Assembly: GCF_047606685.1 (NCBI RefSeq)
Contig: NZ_JASGEC010000060.1
Location: forward strand, 9,314 to 73,313
Source: Microbacterium sp.
Lineage (GTDB): Bacteria; Actinomycetota; Actinomycetes; Actinomycetales; Microbacteriaceae
Length of the DNA: 64,000 nucleotides
Reading direction: 5' to 3'
The notes beneath the pieces were generated by a model. It worked only from the letters and a program-made list of their open reading frames with translations, ran no database searches and was not told where the DNA came from. The position numbers and the translations under genes were made by a program. Shown in pieces: positions 26,301 to 34,814 of the stretch (the first letter of the stretch is position 1; each line of letters opens with the position of its first letter).

Positions 26301-26996
26301 GCCGATCCCGACCAAGCGGCTGCCGTCTGCCGTCACATCGATCTTGGTCACCTGCGTAGTGCCTCCGTTGTGCTGGCCGGCGACAGAGAGCGCCATGTAC
26401 GCGTCCGCGTTGCCGGTGGTGGCGTTCAGCGTCGCGAGCGAGCTCTGTGACGACCCAGACATCGAGGTGAATGCCCCCGCGACCCACAGCCGATTTCCAA
26501 CCAGCCGAAGATCCTTCACGATTCCGTTCGCCGCGACGTTGCGGAATCCTGTCGTGTTCTGGCCCGTCGCGATGTCCACGCGCGCGACCTTACGCCGTGT
26601 CTCACCGCTCACGGAGTTGAAGCTTCCTCCCAGATAGACGCTGTTCCCGTCCGCACTGGGAAGCACGGTTGTGACTGTGCCGTCCGGCGCAGGATTGAAC
26701 GCCGTGTCTATCACGCCCGTTGTGGCGTCGAATGCAACGACGTTGCTGCGCTGATAAGTCTGCGTGCGCTGGGCGTTGCTGACCTGAGTGAAGCTGCCGC
26801 CCAGAACGATCAGGTTCCCAACTTGCGCGATCGAGTTAACGTCTCCGTCAAGCACGTGCGGTGTGTAGTTCGCCGGGTTGTCGCTGACCACTTGCGATTG
26901 CGCGACCTCTGCCGCAGAGGCAGGTTGAGCAAGCCCCAGCGGTATCGCCAGCACTGCGATGACGGACGATACGACGAACACAGACCAACGGCGCAT
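23382..26996 (-). CDS. Large secreted protein: signal peptide, beta-propeller-like repeats, malectin-like domain, second beta-rich region, 2 PKD domains, unnamed ~210-aa C-terminal module
   Basis: It is a close paralogue of 19248-22586. It carries a ~165-aa insertion (aa ~455-620, nt ~25137-25634) with malectin hallmarks: LYRINAAG, ERW, IEVRLYFAN, GDRVFDVSVDGSLVLDDFDIVAAAGG and VNAIEI. Confidence 0.8.
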   Translation of the reverse strand: MRRWSVFVVSSVIAVLAIPLGLAQPASAAEVAQSQVVSDNPANYTPHVLDGDVNSIAQVGNLIVLGGSFTQVSNAQRTQTYQRSNVVAFDATTGVIDTAFNPAPDGTVTTVLPSADGNSVYLGGSFNSVSGETRRKVARVDIATGQNTTGFRNVAANGIVKDLRLVGNRLWVAGAFTSMSGSSQSSLATLNATTGNADAYMALSVAGQHNGGTTQVTKIDVTADGSRLVGIGNFLTVGGQSRQQIFMLDISGDSAALADWQTDFYTATCSSSFNTYMRDLDFAPDGSFFVVTTTGAYLGSTSPCDTQARFDTDRTGSGVTPEWLNTTGGDTTYAVEVTGTAVYVGGHFRWANNSFSGDSAGAGAIAREGIAALDPENGMPLSWNPGRDRGVGVFDMLATDTGLWVGSDTEWIGGEYHARVAFFPLAGGTTVPVAEAPSLPTNIISLAPKADASESPVLYRINAAGPLVSSSDSGPDWAADTADTSSVRVGGTNVATYDPSVSLDESVPTGTPVSVFDQERWDDDGSPEMQWALPVEEGAPIEVRLYFANRYSGTAEEGDRVFDVSVDGSLVLDDFDIVAAAGGTDIGIMRSVELVSDGTVNIDFGHVVENPLVNAIEIIRTDVEAVDMATWVRTTQFSGDEVGQTVDVAGAGDWTGVRGGFMLNGNVYLSYSNGDFVRRSYDGTTWGDAVSVDTQDEIVSLSDWHTNVSLITGVFYDDGRMYYTQSGDDSLRMRYLTTQNDAVGALEYVASESIEGLDLSQVRGMFLAGDFVFAVQPDGSLTRVGWQDGAFVSGSATSVSGPAIDGKNWLAGALFAYQSADGSVPNYPPTAEIGVECENQACEFTSDGSSDAGGSIASYLWDFGDGETSTQANPSHTYAAAGTYSITLTVTDNDGATGSASTTQSVDFLDGLPTGSFEVSCASLVCSFDGSGSSDAEGSIADYAWDFGDGSDGSGAEVSHTFAEDGEYDVTLTVTDSAGQTAEVTETVEVATVSAVIEFVGSATSNRNSTTHPTAVPAATQVGDVMVLLYTNNLSSATVSAPAGWTEVAAATSSTGSVTGRAWTKVATASDLGGQVTPTSSSAVKAAATLLVYRGVDSADPVAAVESAFESVSGTTHTTPQVAGVSGGLLVSYWGMKGNVADTLTAPESVTERASSSGSSNGNITALAADSGPLSSGQAGGVTATATAASNKAFLLSLVLNPAG

Positions 26997-27179
26997 GACT
27001 TGCCCCCAGATTCCCCAAAAAAGACACCGCGACCACCCCAGAACACAGACCGCAGTATGAGGGGACTCTAATGCGTTTGCGCAGACTGCGCAAGAGGCCG
27101 ACGAGACTCACGAAAGGTGCCCGCGATACGCCTTCGGTGCCTCAACTGAGTTTGCCCGCGAAACGGTGATCGTCGTGGC

Positions 27180-27523
27180 ATGGGTAGCGAGCTGTCGATG
27201 CGGTCACGGGCGGAGATCACGGCGAAGTGCGCCAGGGCGTACGCGAAGTCGTCGAAGAAGGATCGGGGGCGGATCCTGGACGAGGTGATGGCCACGACCG
27301 GGATGGGCCGCTCGACCGCGCGGCAGATGCTGGACCGCCCCGGGTTTGATGCCGCATCTTTTCTGGCTGGAAGGATCGCGCCATGCCGAAGAAGGTCGAC
27401 CCCGCGCTCAAGGAGCGCACCGTCCGGCTCGTGCGGGAACACCGAGTCGAGCACCCGTCGAAAGCGAAGGCAGAGAACGTGCGGCAGCTCACACTGGCAT
27501 CGGCTAGCCTTGGCACTATCTGA
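27180..27523 (+). mobile_element. Two juxtaposed transposase N-terminal fragments (IS remnants)
   Basis: Region 27180-27344 encodes SRAEITAKCARAYAKSSKKDRGRILDEVMATTGMGRSTARQML, a transposase HTH N-terminus of a family I cannot name. Region 27383-27523 encodes MPKKVDPALKERTVRLVREHRVEHPS..., an IS3-family OrfA-type N-terminus truncated at 46 aa. No catalytic domain follows either fragment. Confidence 0.65.
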
Positions 27524-27534
27524 AAGAGGCGACC

Positions 27535-28380
27535 ATGCGGCGGTTGATTCGATCAACGCGGGCAAAGGTAGTCGCGGCGATGGTGGTTGCCGGCACACTG
27601 ACTGCGCTCGTTGCCCCGCCTGCGCACGCGGCGACCTTGATGCTCAACCTCAGGTTCGACAACCAATCGCTCGGCAGCACGATTACCAGTCCGACGATCT
27701 CGGGCAGCGCATCGGAGTCGGTCACGTCGTCAGTCCTCACACTGAACGCCGGGCTGGCGGTCACGGACGTTGGCGCGCCAGGAAGCGGCCGTGCGATGCG
27801 GCTGCCTGCATACTCTCCTCTGGGAACACCACCACCACTCGCCGTCGTGTCGATCATCAACGGCTCGGGCACGGATGACCTGCTCAATCCAGGATCGGGC
27901 CGGTTCAGCTTCAGGGCCGACTTCTCCCTCGATGACACTTCGGGCAACGCCCCGAGCAACAGCGACGGAGACAACATCTTCCAGCGCGGTCTCAGCCCGA
28001 ATGCCCAATGGAAGCTGAGCGTTGATGGGCACATGGCGCAGTGCTCGGTCCGCGCCGCCGGAGCATCGGCAGCGGTGCATACTCCAGCAATTGCCATCCC
28101 CAACAAGACGGCCAACGTCAGCTGGTACCGAGCCGAGTGCTTGCGAGACACCGACGCGGCGGGCACCCTGAGCTTGACCGTCTCGTACTACGACACTTCT
28201 GCCGGCTCCTGGATCAGCCTCGCGTCCTCTCAAGCAGCGGGCGCAGCGGGCGATCTGACTATGAGCCGTACCATCCCGGTCAGCATCGGCGGGAAGCTCA
28301 ATAACAACAACACAATCCAGCAGAGCGCTCCAGACCAGTTCAATGGGCTCATCGACAACGTCAAGCTCATCATCGGTTGA
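27535..28380 (+). CDS. Secreted LamG-like (concanavalin A-like lectin) domain protein
   Basis: The signal peptide ends in PPAHA. Matching motifs are DGDNIFQRGL...QWKLSVDGHMAQCSV, WYRAECLR, SIGGK and APDQFNGLIDNVKL. Confidence 0.7.
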   Translation: MRRLIRSTRAKVVAAMVVAGTLTALVAPPAHAATLMLNLRFDNQSLGSTITSPTISGSASESVTSSVLTLNAGLAVTDVGAPGSGRAMRLPAYSPLGTPPPLAVVSIINGSGTDDLLNPGSGRFSFRADFSLDDTSGNAPSNSDGDNIFQRGLSPNAQWKLSVDGHMAQCSVRAAGASAAVHTPAIAIPNKTANVSWYRAECLRDTDAAGTLSLTVSYYDTSAGSWISLASSQAAGAAGDLTMSRTIPVSIGGKLNNNNTIQQSAPDQFNGLIDNVKLIIG

Positions 28381-28394
28381 CGCGGGAAACTGGG

Positions 28395-29408
28395 TCAGAT
28401 CCCGCGTCCGCGATTGTGCAAGAACTCCATCACCCGATCCGGCCGAACCAGTCCGACTGCGACTGCGACGGTCAACGGAGCGCGTAACTCGAGCGGGTTA
28501 CGTCTCCAAGAGCTAGCAGCCCAGCGAACGGCACGTCGCCGGTTCCCCATTGCGGCGTGAGCGAACGCAATCTGGCCTCGAACTCGGGCGGACCCTCGGC
28601 GCGATGCCTCAAACTCGGGGTAGCGCCGAAGAAGCCACGTCAAGCCGGCGGCCATTGTCTCCCAACGGCGGAAGAAAAAGGACTGCTTACCCCAGCGCAC
28701 GACGACGAGCGGGGCGGCGACGTTTACTATGGGGTGCAGCTTGGCGTGCCGCAAGAGGAACTCATAGTCTTCGCCAAAACCACCGGGTACCTGCTCGTCG
28801 ACCAACCCAACTGCATCGAGAAGGGAACGACGCAGGAGGAAGGTAGAGGGGTGAAGTTGAGTGTGACGATCTCGAAGGAGCGCGGTCATTGGAACTAATT
28901 CAGCGTCCAGCGTCCTATCAAACGTTTCACCGTCGTACTGCACCCGGATCCCTGTCGTCGCAAGGGAAGCATCCGGCCACGCAGAGATAGCCGCAATCTG
29001 TGCAGAGAGCCTGCCTGGAAGCCAATAATCATCGTCATCGCAGAAGGCGATGTACTCTCCCGCGGACGACCTGATGCCTGAGTTCCGCGCTCCCGCCAGA
29101 CCAACCTTGCGGGAATTTGTAGTTACACGAACTGAGCGGTGGTCACCCTCACGCTCGATGCCCTTGTCCGGCTCGCTCTGGTCAAACACGACGATCGTCT
29201 CAATGGGGCCAGAATAATCTTGACTCAACACGGCATCCACTGCTTCTCGGAGCATCTCCGGCCGGTCTCTAGTTGCTATAACAACCGAAACTAGCGGCAA
29301 CGGAGAGGTGATTGGACTCACCTCTTTAGGCAGCGTCTCGATCCGCTCTGAACCCCCGCCCGAAGTATACTTTCGCGCCAAGTGCTTCTCTTTCATGAGA
29401 GCGGGCAC
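28395..29408 (-). CDS. Family 2 glycosyltransferase
   Basis: The sequence has VSVVIATRDRPEMLREAVDAVLSQ, then ARNSGI, then YIAFCDDDDYWLP (the DxD motif). The start may be a few codons downstream. Confidence 0.88.
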   Translation of the reverse strand: MPALMKEKHLARKYTSGGGSERIETLPKEVSPITSPLPLVSVVIATRDRPEMLREAVDAVLSQDYSGPIETIVVFDQSEPDKGIEREGDHRSVRVTTNSRKVGLAGARNSGIRSSAGEYIAFCDDDDYWLPGRLSAQIAAISAWPDASLATTGIRVQYDGETFDRTLDAELVPMTALLRDRHTQLHPSTFLLRRSLLDAVGLVDEQVPGGFGEDYEFLLRHAKLHPIVNVAAPLVVVRWGKQSFFFRRWETMAAGLTWLLRRYPEFEASRRGSARVRGQIAFAHAAMGNRRRAVRWAASSWRRNPLELRAPLTVAVAVGLVRPDRVMEFLHNRGRGI

Positions 29409-29715
29409 AGCGAAAGGGCACTGCCTTCGCTCGAACGCTGCCTATCATCCGTCGATCGGCTGCACCAGAGTCTTGTTGACATGCCGAATCACTCCCCCTT
29501 GCAATCTTCCAGATGCCGAGCACCTTCAGAACCCGCCCTACGCGAGGTTATCATTTCCATACCTTCCACGTATCCTCCCCCTGGCTCTGGCGTGCGTTCG
29601 GCACAGCCGTGTCGGAGAGCTATGTGCAAACAGGTTCGCTGACCGCGGGCGACCCGGTTGCAGTACCTCGGTTGTGCGATCTTGAAGGGTGCGGCGGATG
29701 CACGTCCGCATACGC

Positions 29716-31152
29716 TCAGCTGTCGGTGTAGCCCAGCCAGGCCCGCACCGGTGCAGTCAGCAACTTCACCGTGCGGCGCTGTCGGTCCGGCATTGCTTCT
29801 CGCCACGCTTCGTCCGGGCGGATGATCACCGGCCCCAGCTGGAACCTCATCGGATTTCCTCCGATCGAGTGCCCGGTCTCCAATTCCACACCGTCCCGCG
29901 CCGACAGATCGACGTCGTAAACCCCGGGCAACTCCAGCGCATCCCATGCACGACGGAGCGTTTCGGTCGGAGCCCGAACGAAGTCCTCGTATCGCATGCG
30001 GTGCACTTGAGCACCCACGGCCCTTGTCAACTGAATGAGCAAGTTGTTCGATGCCCAGAGGGCGGATGCACTCGCTGACGAGTACCGAGCCATGCTGGCA
30101 GCCCGCTCGCCGGTCTCGGGTCGGCTGACTTCCTTTGACCACGAATAAGCAACTGCCACGCTGTCGCGGACAAGGTGCAAGATCCGCAGGTCGACCCGCC
30201 GGTCGTTGCTTAGCGCGAGTGCCAACGACGCGTGCTTGGACGAATCCACGACGATGTCCGCACCACTCACCTTGGCCGCGGCATCGTACACGGCTCGATA
30301 GAACGAGGTGTACCGCAGGATCTCGTCTCGGGCGGCGACGCTGCGAGGCCGCAGCGTCCGAAGCACACGTCTCTGCCTGTCCACGGCCTGGTGGAGTGCG
30401 AGTACCTCCTCAGGATCTACTGCGGACCACCCGCCGAAAGCCTGCTCGCCGACGGCGATCCAAAAGGCACATTGAGAGAAGGGAGTGCCGCAACCGCACA
30501 GCTCGTCCTCGATGAGCCCACGTCTCCACAGGTGCACAACCTCGCCCAAGGAGACTGCGTTCGGGATAGCCGTTACTGCCCTCTCGACAAGAGTCGATCC
30601 AGACCGGCCAAACCCTCCGATGTAGAGCACAACCGGACCGACTGGTGCGAGGGGGCGACGACGGTCTCGGTTCGCCTCGACCGTCGACTCGAACATACGC
30701 ACCGTCGATTTCACGGCAGAGCCCTCTCCGCTATGACTGCCCCTCTGGAGCCGCGTGCCACCCGACTGCGGATGCACGAAATCGTCGAGTTCGGCGATGT
30801 CCTCACACCTTGACACAAGGCCGTGGCTCTCCGCCCATCGGCTGAATCGCAACTGGTGGTCGTCCACGTGCTCTCCGTGTCGCGGGTCGCGCGGCACAAC
30901 GATCGGGTAGTGCCCGGCGGCTCGTGCCGCCGATATCGTTCCTGGGCCGCCGTGTGTGATGACAACGGCCGCCTCTGCCATGCGTGCGGCAAGATCCGCG
31001 GGGCTGAGGTAGTCGACGCCCTCAGCGTGCTCCGGCGGTTTCGCCGACCCGTATTGCACCAGCACCTTCTGGTCCGGATTACGACGTGCCCACTTGTCGG
31101 CCCACGCGACCGCACGGTTGAACGGATGGTGATCGGTGCCGAGGACCATCAT
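29716..31152 (-). CDS. Fusion protein: Alg13-like half-glycosyltransferase (Glyco_tran_28_C, PssE/Cps14G-type) plus a Stf0/Sulfotransfer_3-like sulfotransferase
   Basis: The N-terminal ~150 aa have VLGTDHHPFNR, VLVQYG, VITHGGPGTI, IVVPR and GEHVDDHQ. The C-terminal ~330 aa have the 5'-PSB loop YIGGFGRSGSTLVER, a CGCGTPFSQCAFW motif and the 3'-PB-like LHLVRDSVAVAYSW. The start is chosen at VMMVLG (about 31152). Confidence 0.8.
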   Translation of the reverse strand: MMVLGTDHHPFNRAVAWADKWARRNPDQKVLVQYGSAKPPEHAEGVDYLSPADLAARMAEAAVVITHGGPGTISAARAAGHYPIVVPRDPRHGEHVDDHQLRFSRWAESHGLVSRCEDIAELDDFVHPQSGGTRLQRGSHSGEGSAVKSTVRMFESTVEANRDRRRPLAPVGPVVLYIGGFGRSGSTLVERAVTAIPNAVSLGEVVHLWRRGLIEDELCGCGTPFSQCAFWIAVGEQAFGGWSAVDPEEVLALHQAVDRQRRVLRTLRPRSVAARDEILRYTSFYRAVYDAAAKVSGADIVVDSSKHASLALALSNDRRVDLRILHLVRDSVAVAYSWSKEVSRPETGERAASMARYSSASASALWASNNLLIQLTRAVGAQVHRMRYEDFVRAPTETLRRAWDALELPGVYDVDLSARDGVELETGHSIGGNPMRFQLGPVIIRPDEAWREAMPDRQRRTVKLLTAPVRAWLGYTDS

Positions 31153-31166
31153 GACATCCAGACCGG

Positions 31167-31658
31167 TCACAGCAGCGGGCCTATCACGATGGCATCGCGG
31201 TAAAGTCGCTGCTGCTCGGGCCACTGCACCATCATGATGCTGGTGAAGGGCCTAACCAGGCGGCCAGTGAGGGTCGGGGTCTCGACGCGGTCATACACCT
31301 CGATGTACACCGTCGTCATCCGAAAGATCCGCGCAAGAATGAAGAACGGCAAGGCGACCCCGGCGCCGGTTGAAACAACGATCTCAGGACGGCGACCACG
31401 AAGCACCTTCCACGCGAGGCGCGCGTTGCGAAGCAGATTGGGGATGTTGCGGGTTGTCGGATGGTACGCCCACAGGACGTCTGGCTCGTCCTTCAGCAGC
31501 GCGCTCGCCTCGGGCGTCTCGAACGTCACCCACGTGTGCGGCAAGTGAGACCACCACGGCTGCAGCGACCAAAGTTGAGCGAGATGCCCCCCGCTGGAGC
31601 CCACAAGCACCACTCGCCCCTCCGCGGCGAGACTGCTGAGTGGCGTGCTTGCGGACAT
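31167..31658 (-). CDS. Alg14-like membrane-anchoring half-glycosyltransferase (PssD/Cps14F-type)
   Basis: Matching motifs are VLVGSSGGHLAQL, ARLAWKVLRGRRPEIVVSTGAGVALPFFILARIF, TTVYIEVYDRV, PTLTG and VQWPEQ. The start is at MSAST (ATG 31658). Confidence 0.82.
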   Translation of the reverse strand: MSASTPLSSLAAEGRVVLVGSSGGHLAQLWSLQPWWSHLPHTWVTFETPEASALLKDEPDVLWAYHPTTRNIPNLLRNARLAWKVLRGRRPEIVVSTGAGVALPFFILARIFRMTTVYIEVYDRVETPTLTGRLVRPFTSIMMVQWPEQQRLYRDAIVIGPLL

Positions 31659-31791
31659 ATTCACAGCATTGTACTGACGCGGAAGAGGCTCGTTGTCACC
31701 AGTCGGTCGAGGCAGTGGCAGACTGCCAGGTAGACTGTTGTGTTGATCACACCACAAGCCAGTCCAACGCTGGGGGGAGCGTAGAACGGAA

Positions 31792-33450
31792 GTGGACCCA
31801 CTGACAACGGATGTCGGGAGGCTGGATGCCTCTCGCCCACTCAATGCTATTCGGCATCGATTGCCCACGATCGCCCTAATCACGGGCGCCGCTCTTGTTG
31901 GTGCCACGGTGTTCACCGCGCTGTCACCACGGACCTACGAGTCGAGCACGAGCGTGCTGGTGGCGCCCGTGTCGACCGGCGCAGATGTCGACATTGAGAA
32001 CGGGCGGACGAAAGGCACCATCAACCTGGATACCGAGGCCCAGATCGTGCGGTCAGTCGCCCTCGCGGACGAAGTGGCCGACATGCTCGACTCCGACCTC
32101 TCTCCTCGAAAGCTGGCCGAGTCCGTCTCGGTCACAGTCCCGGCGAACAGCCAGGTCCTCGATATCACCTTCGAGGGCCCAACCGCCGACGAGGCGATGG
32201 CGGGCGCCAAGACCTACGCCGAGGCCTATCTCGATCAGCGTCGCACCAGCACTGAGGATTCTTTGGCGGACGCGCGCAGCGACATCCTCGATCAGATCGA
32301 TGAGTTGCAGACGGAGTTCGCGGACGCGACCGCCCGCAGTCGCGACTCGAAGCTCAGCAAAGCCGACCGCACTATTGCCTCCACCAGACGAGACTTGCTC
32401 CTCAGCCAAATCTCTTCGCTCAACGCCAGCCTGACGTCGATCAGCGGGTCGAGAGTCGATCCGGGACACGTCCTCAGCACCGCGAACTATCCAGACAGCC
32501 CCGCCTCCCCCAGCTTTCCGATCAATTTGTCGGCAGGGCTCCTGCTAGGGCTGCTGATCAGTTTCGCGTTCGCCGTAGTGAGCGGGCGGTTCGACCATCG
32601 GATACGAACTCCACGTGACATCAGGCCGCCCACGGGAGCAGTGCGCGTGCATCAGGAACTCTTGAATCTCTCGGAAGGCATCGCTGAAGACCTCCCAGCG
32701 GACAACGTCGATCAGTTGAGGGTGGCAATCGATTCGTTCGGATCGAACGAGCCACGCGCTGTGCTGGTGGCTCCCGTGGGAGCGCACCGGGACGCCGACA
32801 CTCTCGCACTCGCTCTCGGCCATTCCTACGCTCGCCGGCTTGGCTCTGCCACCTGCGCGATTGCAAGCACAGCCGAATCGAATGAAACAGAAGCGATTGG
32901 ACTGACGGACCTCTTCGCCGGAGATGGGGCCGTGAAGCCTGTCGCGCTTGACGACTCGGGGCTGGCGGTGATCGGCCCCGGAAGAAACCCTGAGCGACTC
33001 GGCGTGATGCTTCAGCGGCCGCACGCCATCGAACGCGTGCTTCGACTGAGCGACACCGTCGTGGTCTTGTCTACTCCCTCACTTCACCTCTCGGCTGGCG
33101 CACAGTCCGTACTCCACGCGGTGGACCGGATCGTGCTCGTAGGTGTGGCCGGCTCCATGGACGACCGAGCGCTGGCACAGACGATCGAGGCTGTCGAACG
33201 GTCGCATTTCACAGGAACGACAACAGTTGTGCTGCTCAGCGCGGGTGATGAACTTCGGGATCGTCGCAAACGCCGGCTGGCCGGATCCGTGCCGAGCGAC
33301 GAGGTCGAGGCGCGCGCAGTAGACGAGGCACCCGAGACGGAAAGCGAGGCTGGGACGGATCACCGCCCCGAGCGTCTGCGATCTGACAGCGCGAGCAAAG
33401 GCGGCCGTCCACGCCCGACCACAAACGAGGAAGCGTCGGGCAGCGCATGA
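31792..33450 (+). CDS. Wzz/PCP-type chain-length determinant with a degenerate (P-loop-less) BY-kinase-like C-terminal domain
   Basis: The Wzz N-terminus has TM1, then YESSTSVLVAP...NLDTEAQIVRS, coiled-coil segments and TM2 (LSAGLLLGLLISFAFAVV). The C-terminus resembles a BY-kinase. However, Walker A is replaced by VAPVGAHRDADT, Walker B hhhhDTPP is replaced by VVVLSTPSL, and there is no C-terminal Tyr cluster. Confidence 0.75.
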   Translation: MDPLTTDVGRLDASRPLNAIRHRLPTIALITGAALVGATVFTALSPRTYESSTSVLVAPVSTGADVDIENGRTKGTINLDTEAQIVRSVALADEVADMLDSDLSPRKLAESVSVTVPANSQVLDITFEGPTADEAMAGAKTYAEAYLDQRRTSTEDSLADARSDILDQIDELQTEFADATARSRDSKLSKADRTIASTRRDLLLSQISSLNASLTSISGSRVDPGHVLSTANYPDSPASPSFPINLSAGLLLGLLISFAFAVVSGRFDHRIRTPRDIRPPTGAVRVHQELLNLSEGIAEDLPADNVDQLRVAIDSFGSNEPRAVLVAPVGAHRDADTLALALGHSYARRLGSATCAIASTAESNETEAIGLTDLFAGDGAVKPVALDDSGLAVIGPGRNPERLGVMLQRPHAIERVLRLSDTVVVLSTPSLHLSAGAQSVLHAVDRIVLVGVAGSMDDRALAQTIEAVERSHFTGTTTVVLLSAGDELRDRRKRRLAGSVPSDEVEARAVDEAPETESEAGTDHRPERLRSDSASKGGRPRPTTNEEASGSA

Positions 33451-34814
33451 TGGTCTCGGTCCTCTCGACCGAGACCGCCGCTGGCAAGCGGACGCTACCC
33501 CCGTCTTGGCCGGTTTGGGCCGCCACCGCCGCGTACCCCCTGTGGTGGGCGCTCGGCCTCACCACCGTGATCTACCCCCTGCTCGCCGTTGTACTCGCCC
33601 TTCGTCTGCTTTACATGCGACGTCTCAAACTTCCGCCCGGCTGGCTGTTCTGGGCCATGTTTCTGCTGGTGGTCGTGGCGAGCATCGTCATGCTGGACGT
33701 GGATGCACCTGGCACGGCCACGCAAAGCGGGATAGGCCCGTACGGCGCCTATGCGCTGCGGTTTCTCGATTATCTGTGCTTCACGCTGCTGCTGCTGTAC
33801 GTGGGGAACCACAGTGAACAGACGTTGCCCTTGCGCAGCGTTATCGCCGCGTTCTCAAGCTTGGCTGCGTCTGTGGGCCTTCTCGGACTAGCCGGCACAC
33901 TCCTCCCGACATTCTCGTTCCGCACTCCGGCGAGCTACGTGTTGCCCGAGGTTCTCGTGGGCGACGGCGCGGCGAGGCTCGCGCAAGTGCAGGACATTCT
34001 CGGCGAGGGGGCAGCCCCGAGGCCCTCCGCTCCGTTCGACTACACGAACACGTGGGGCGAGGTCTTGTCGATGGCCATGGTGTGGCTCGTCGTGTATGCC
34101 GTGGTCTTCCGCGCACGGCGGAAGTCAATCGGTCTCGTCCTGGGACTCTCGATTATTCCGACCATCGCCTCCCTGAACCGGGGGATGTGGATCGGAATTG
34201 TGCTCACGATCGCGTACGTGGCGGTGCGACTCGCGATGCGGCTTCGCCTCGCCTTGGCTGTCAGCATCGTTGCGCTAATCGCGGTGGCGGGCGGCGTGCT
34301 CGCTATCTCCCCTGCTGGCGAGCTGATCGAGGCGAGGCTTGAGAGCGGGCATTCTGACCAGATCCGCGAGAACCTCGCGAATGACTCCCTCCGGCTAGCG
34401 AACGAGTCTCCAATTCTCGGCTTCGGGTCGACTCGTCGAACTCAAGGCTCCTACGAGTCGATCGCGATCGGGCCATCCGCGAGCTGCAGCCAATGTGGCG
34501 AGCGTGTTATTGGCAGCACGGGACAGCTCTGGCTTCTCCTGGTTGCGCAAGGCTGGCTCGGCACAATCCTCTACTTCACCTTCTTCGCATACGCGCTATG
34601 GACCTTCAGGCGAGATCACTCGCCAGCCGGGATCGCAGCGTCGGCAGTGATCCTTCTCTCGATCTATTACTCCTACTTCTACTCTGCGATCGGGACTCCT
34701 CTTGCGATGGCGATGCTCGCCGTCGCGATGCTGTGGCGCAGTGCTCAGGAACGCTCTCTCGCTGCGGAACAGATGAGCACCAATGACGGCGAGAAGAGCG
34801 GCCTCAAGCCATGA
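33447..34814 (+). CDS. O-antigen ligase/Wzy-like polymerase, polytopic membrane protein
   Basis: It has about 10-12 TM helices and a periplasmic loop with LNRGMWIGIVL...RL, as in the Wzy_C family. Its start overlaps the Wzz-like stop by 4 nt. Confidence 0.7.
   Translation: MMVSVLSTETAAGKRTLPPSWPVWAATAAYPLWWALGLTTVIYPLLAVVLALRLLYMRRLKLPPGWLFWAMFLLVVVASIVMLDVDAPGTATQSGIGPYGAYALRFLDYLCFTLLLLYVGNHSEQTLPLRSVIAAFSSLAASVGLLGLAGTLLPTFSFRTPASYVLPEVLVGDGAARLAQVQDILGEGAAPRPSAPFDYTNTWGEVLSMAMVWLVVYAVVFRARRKSIGLVLGLSIIPTIASLNRGMWIGIVLTIAYVAVRLAMRLRLALAVSIVALIAVAGGVLAISPAGELIEARLESGHSDQIRENLANDSLRLANESPILGFGSTRRTQGSYESIAIGPSASCSQCGERVIGSTGQLWLLLVAQGWLGTILYFTFFAYALWTFRRDHSPAGIAASAVILLSIYYSYFYSAIGTPLAMAMLAVAMLWRSAQERSLAAEQMSTNDGEKSGLKP

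Noticed and set aside
27068-27598. 176-aa minus-strand ORF over the IS remnants
   Set aside because: It is antisense to two recognisable transposase N-terminal fragments. It has no motif and a poor composition.
32700-33450. Active BY-type tyrosine kinase call for the C-terminus of the Wzz-like protein
   Set aside because: The Walker A lysine, the Walker B aspartate and the C-terminal tyrosine cluster are all missing. It is called a degenerate domain instead.
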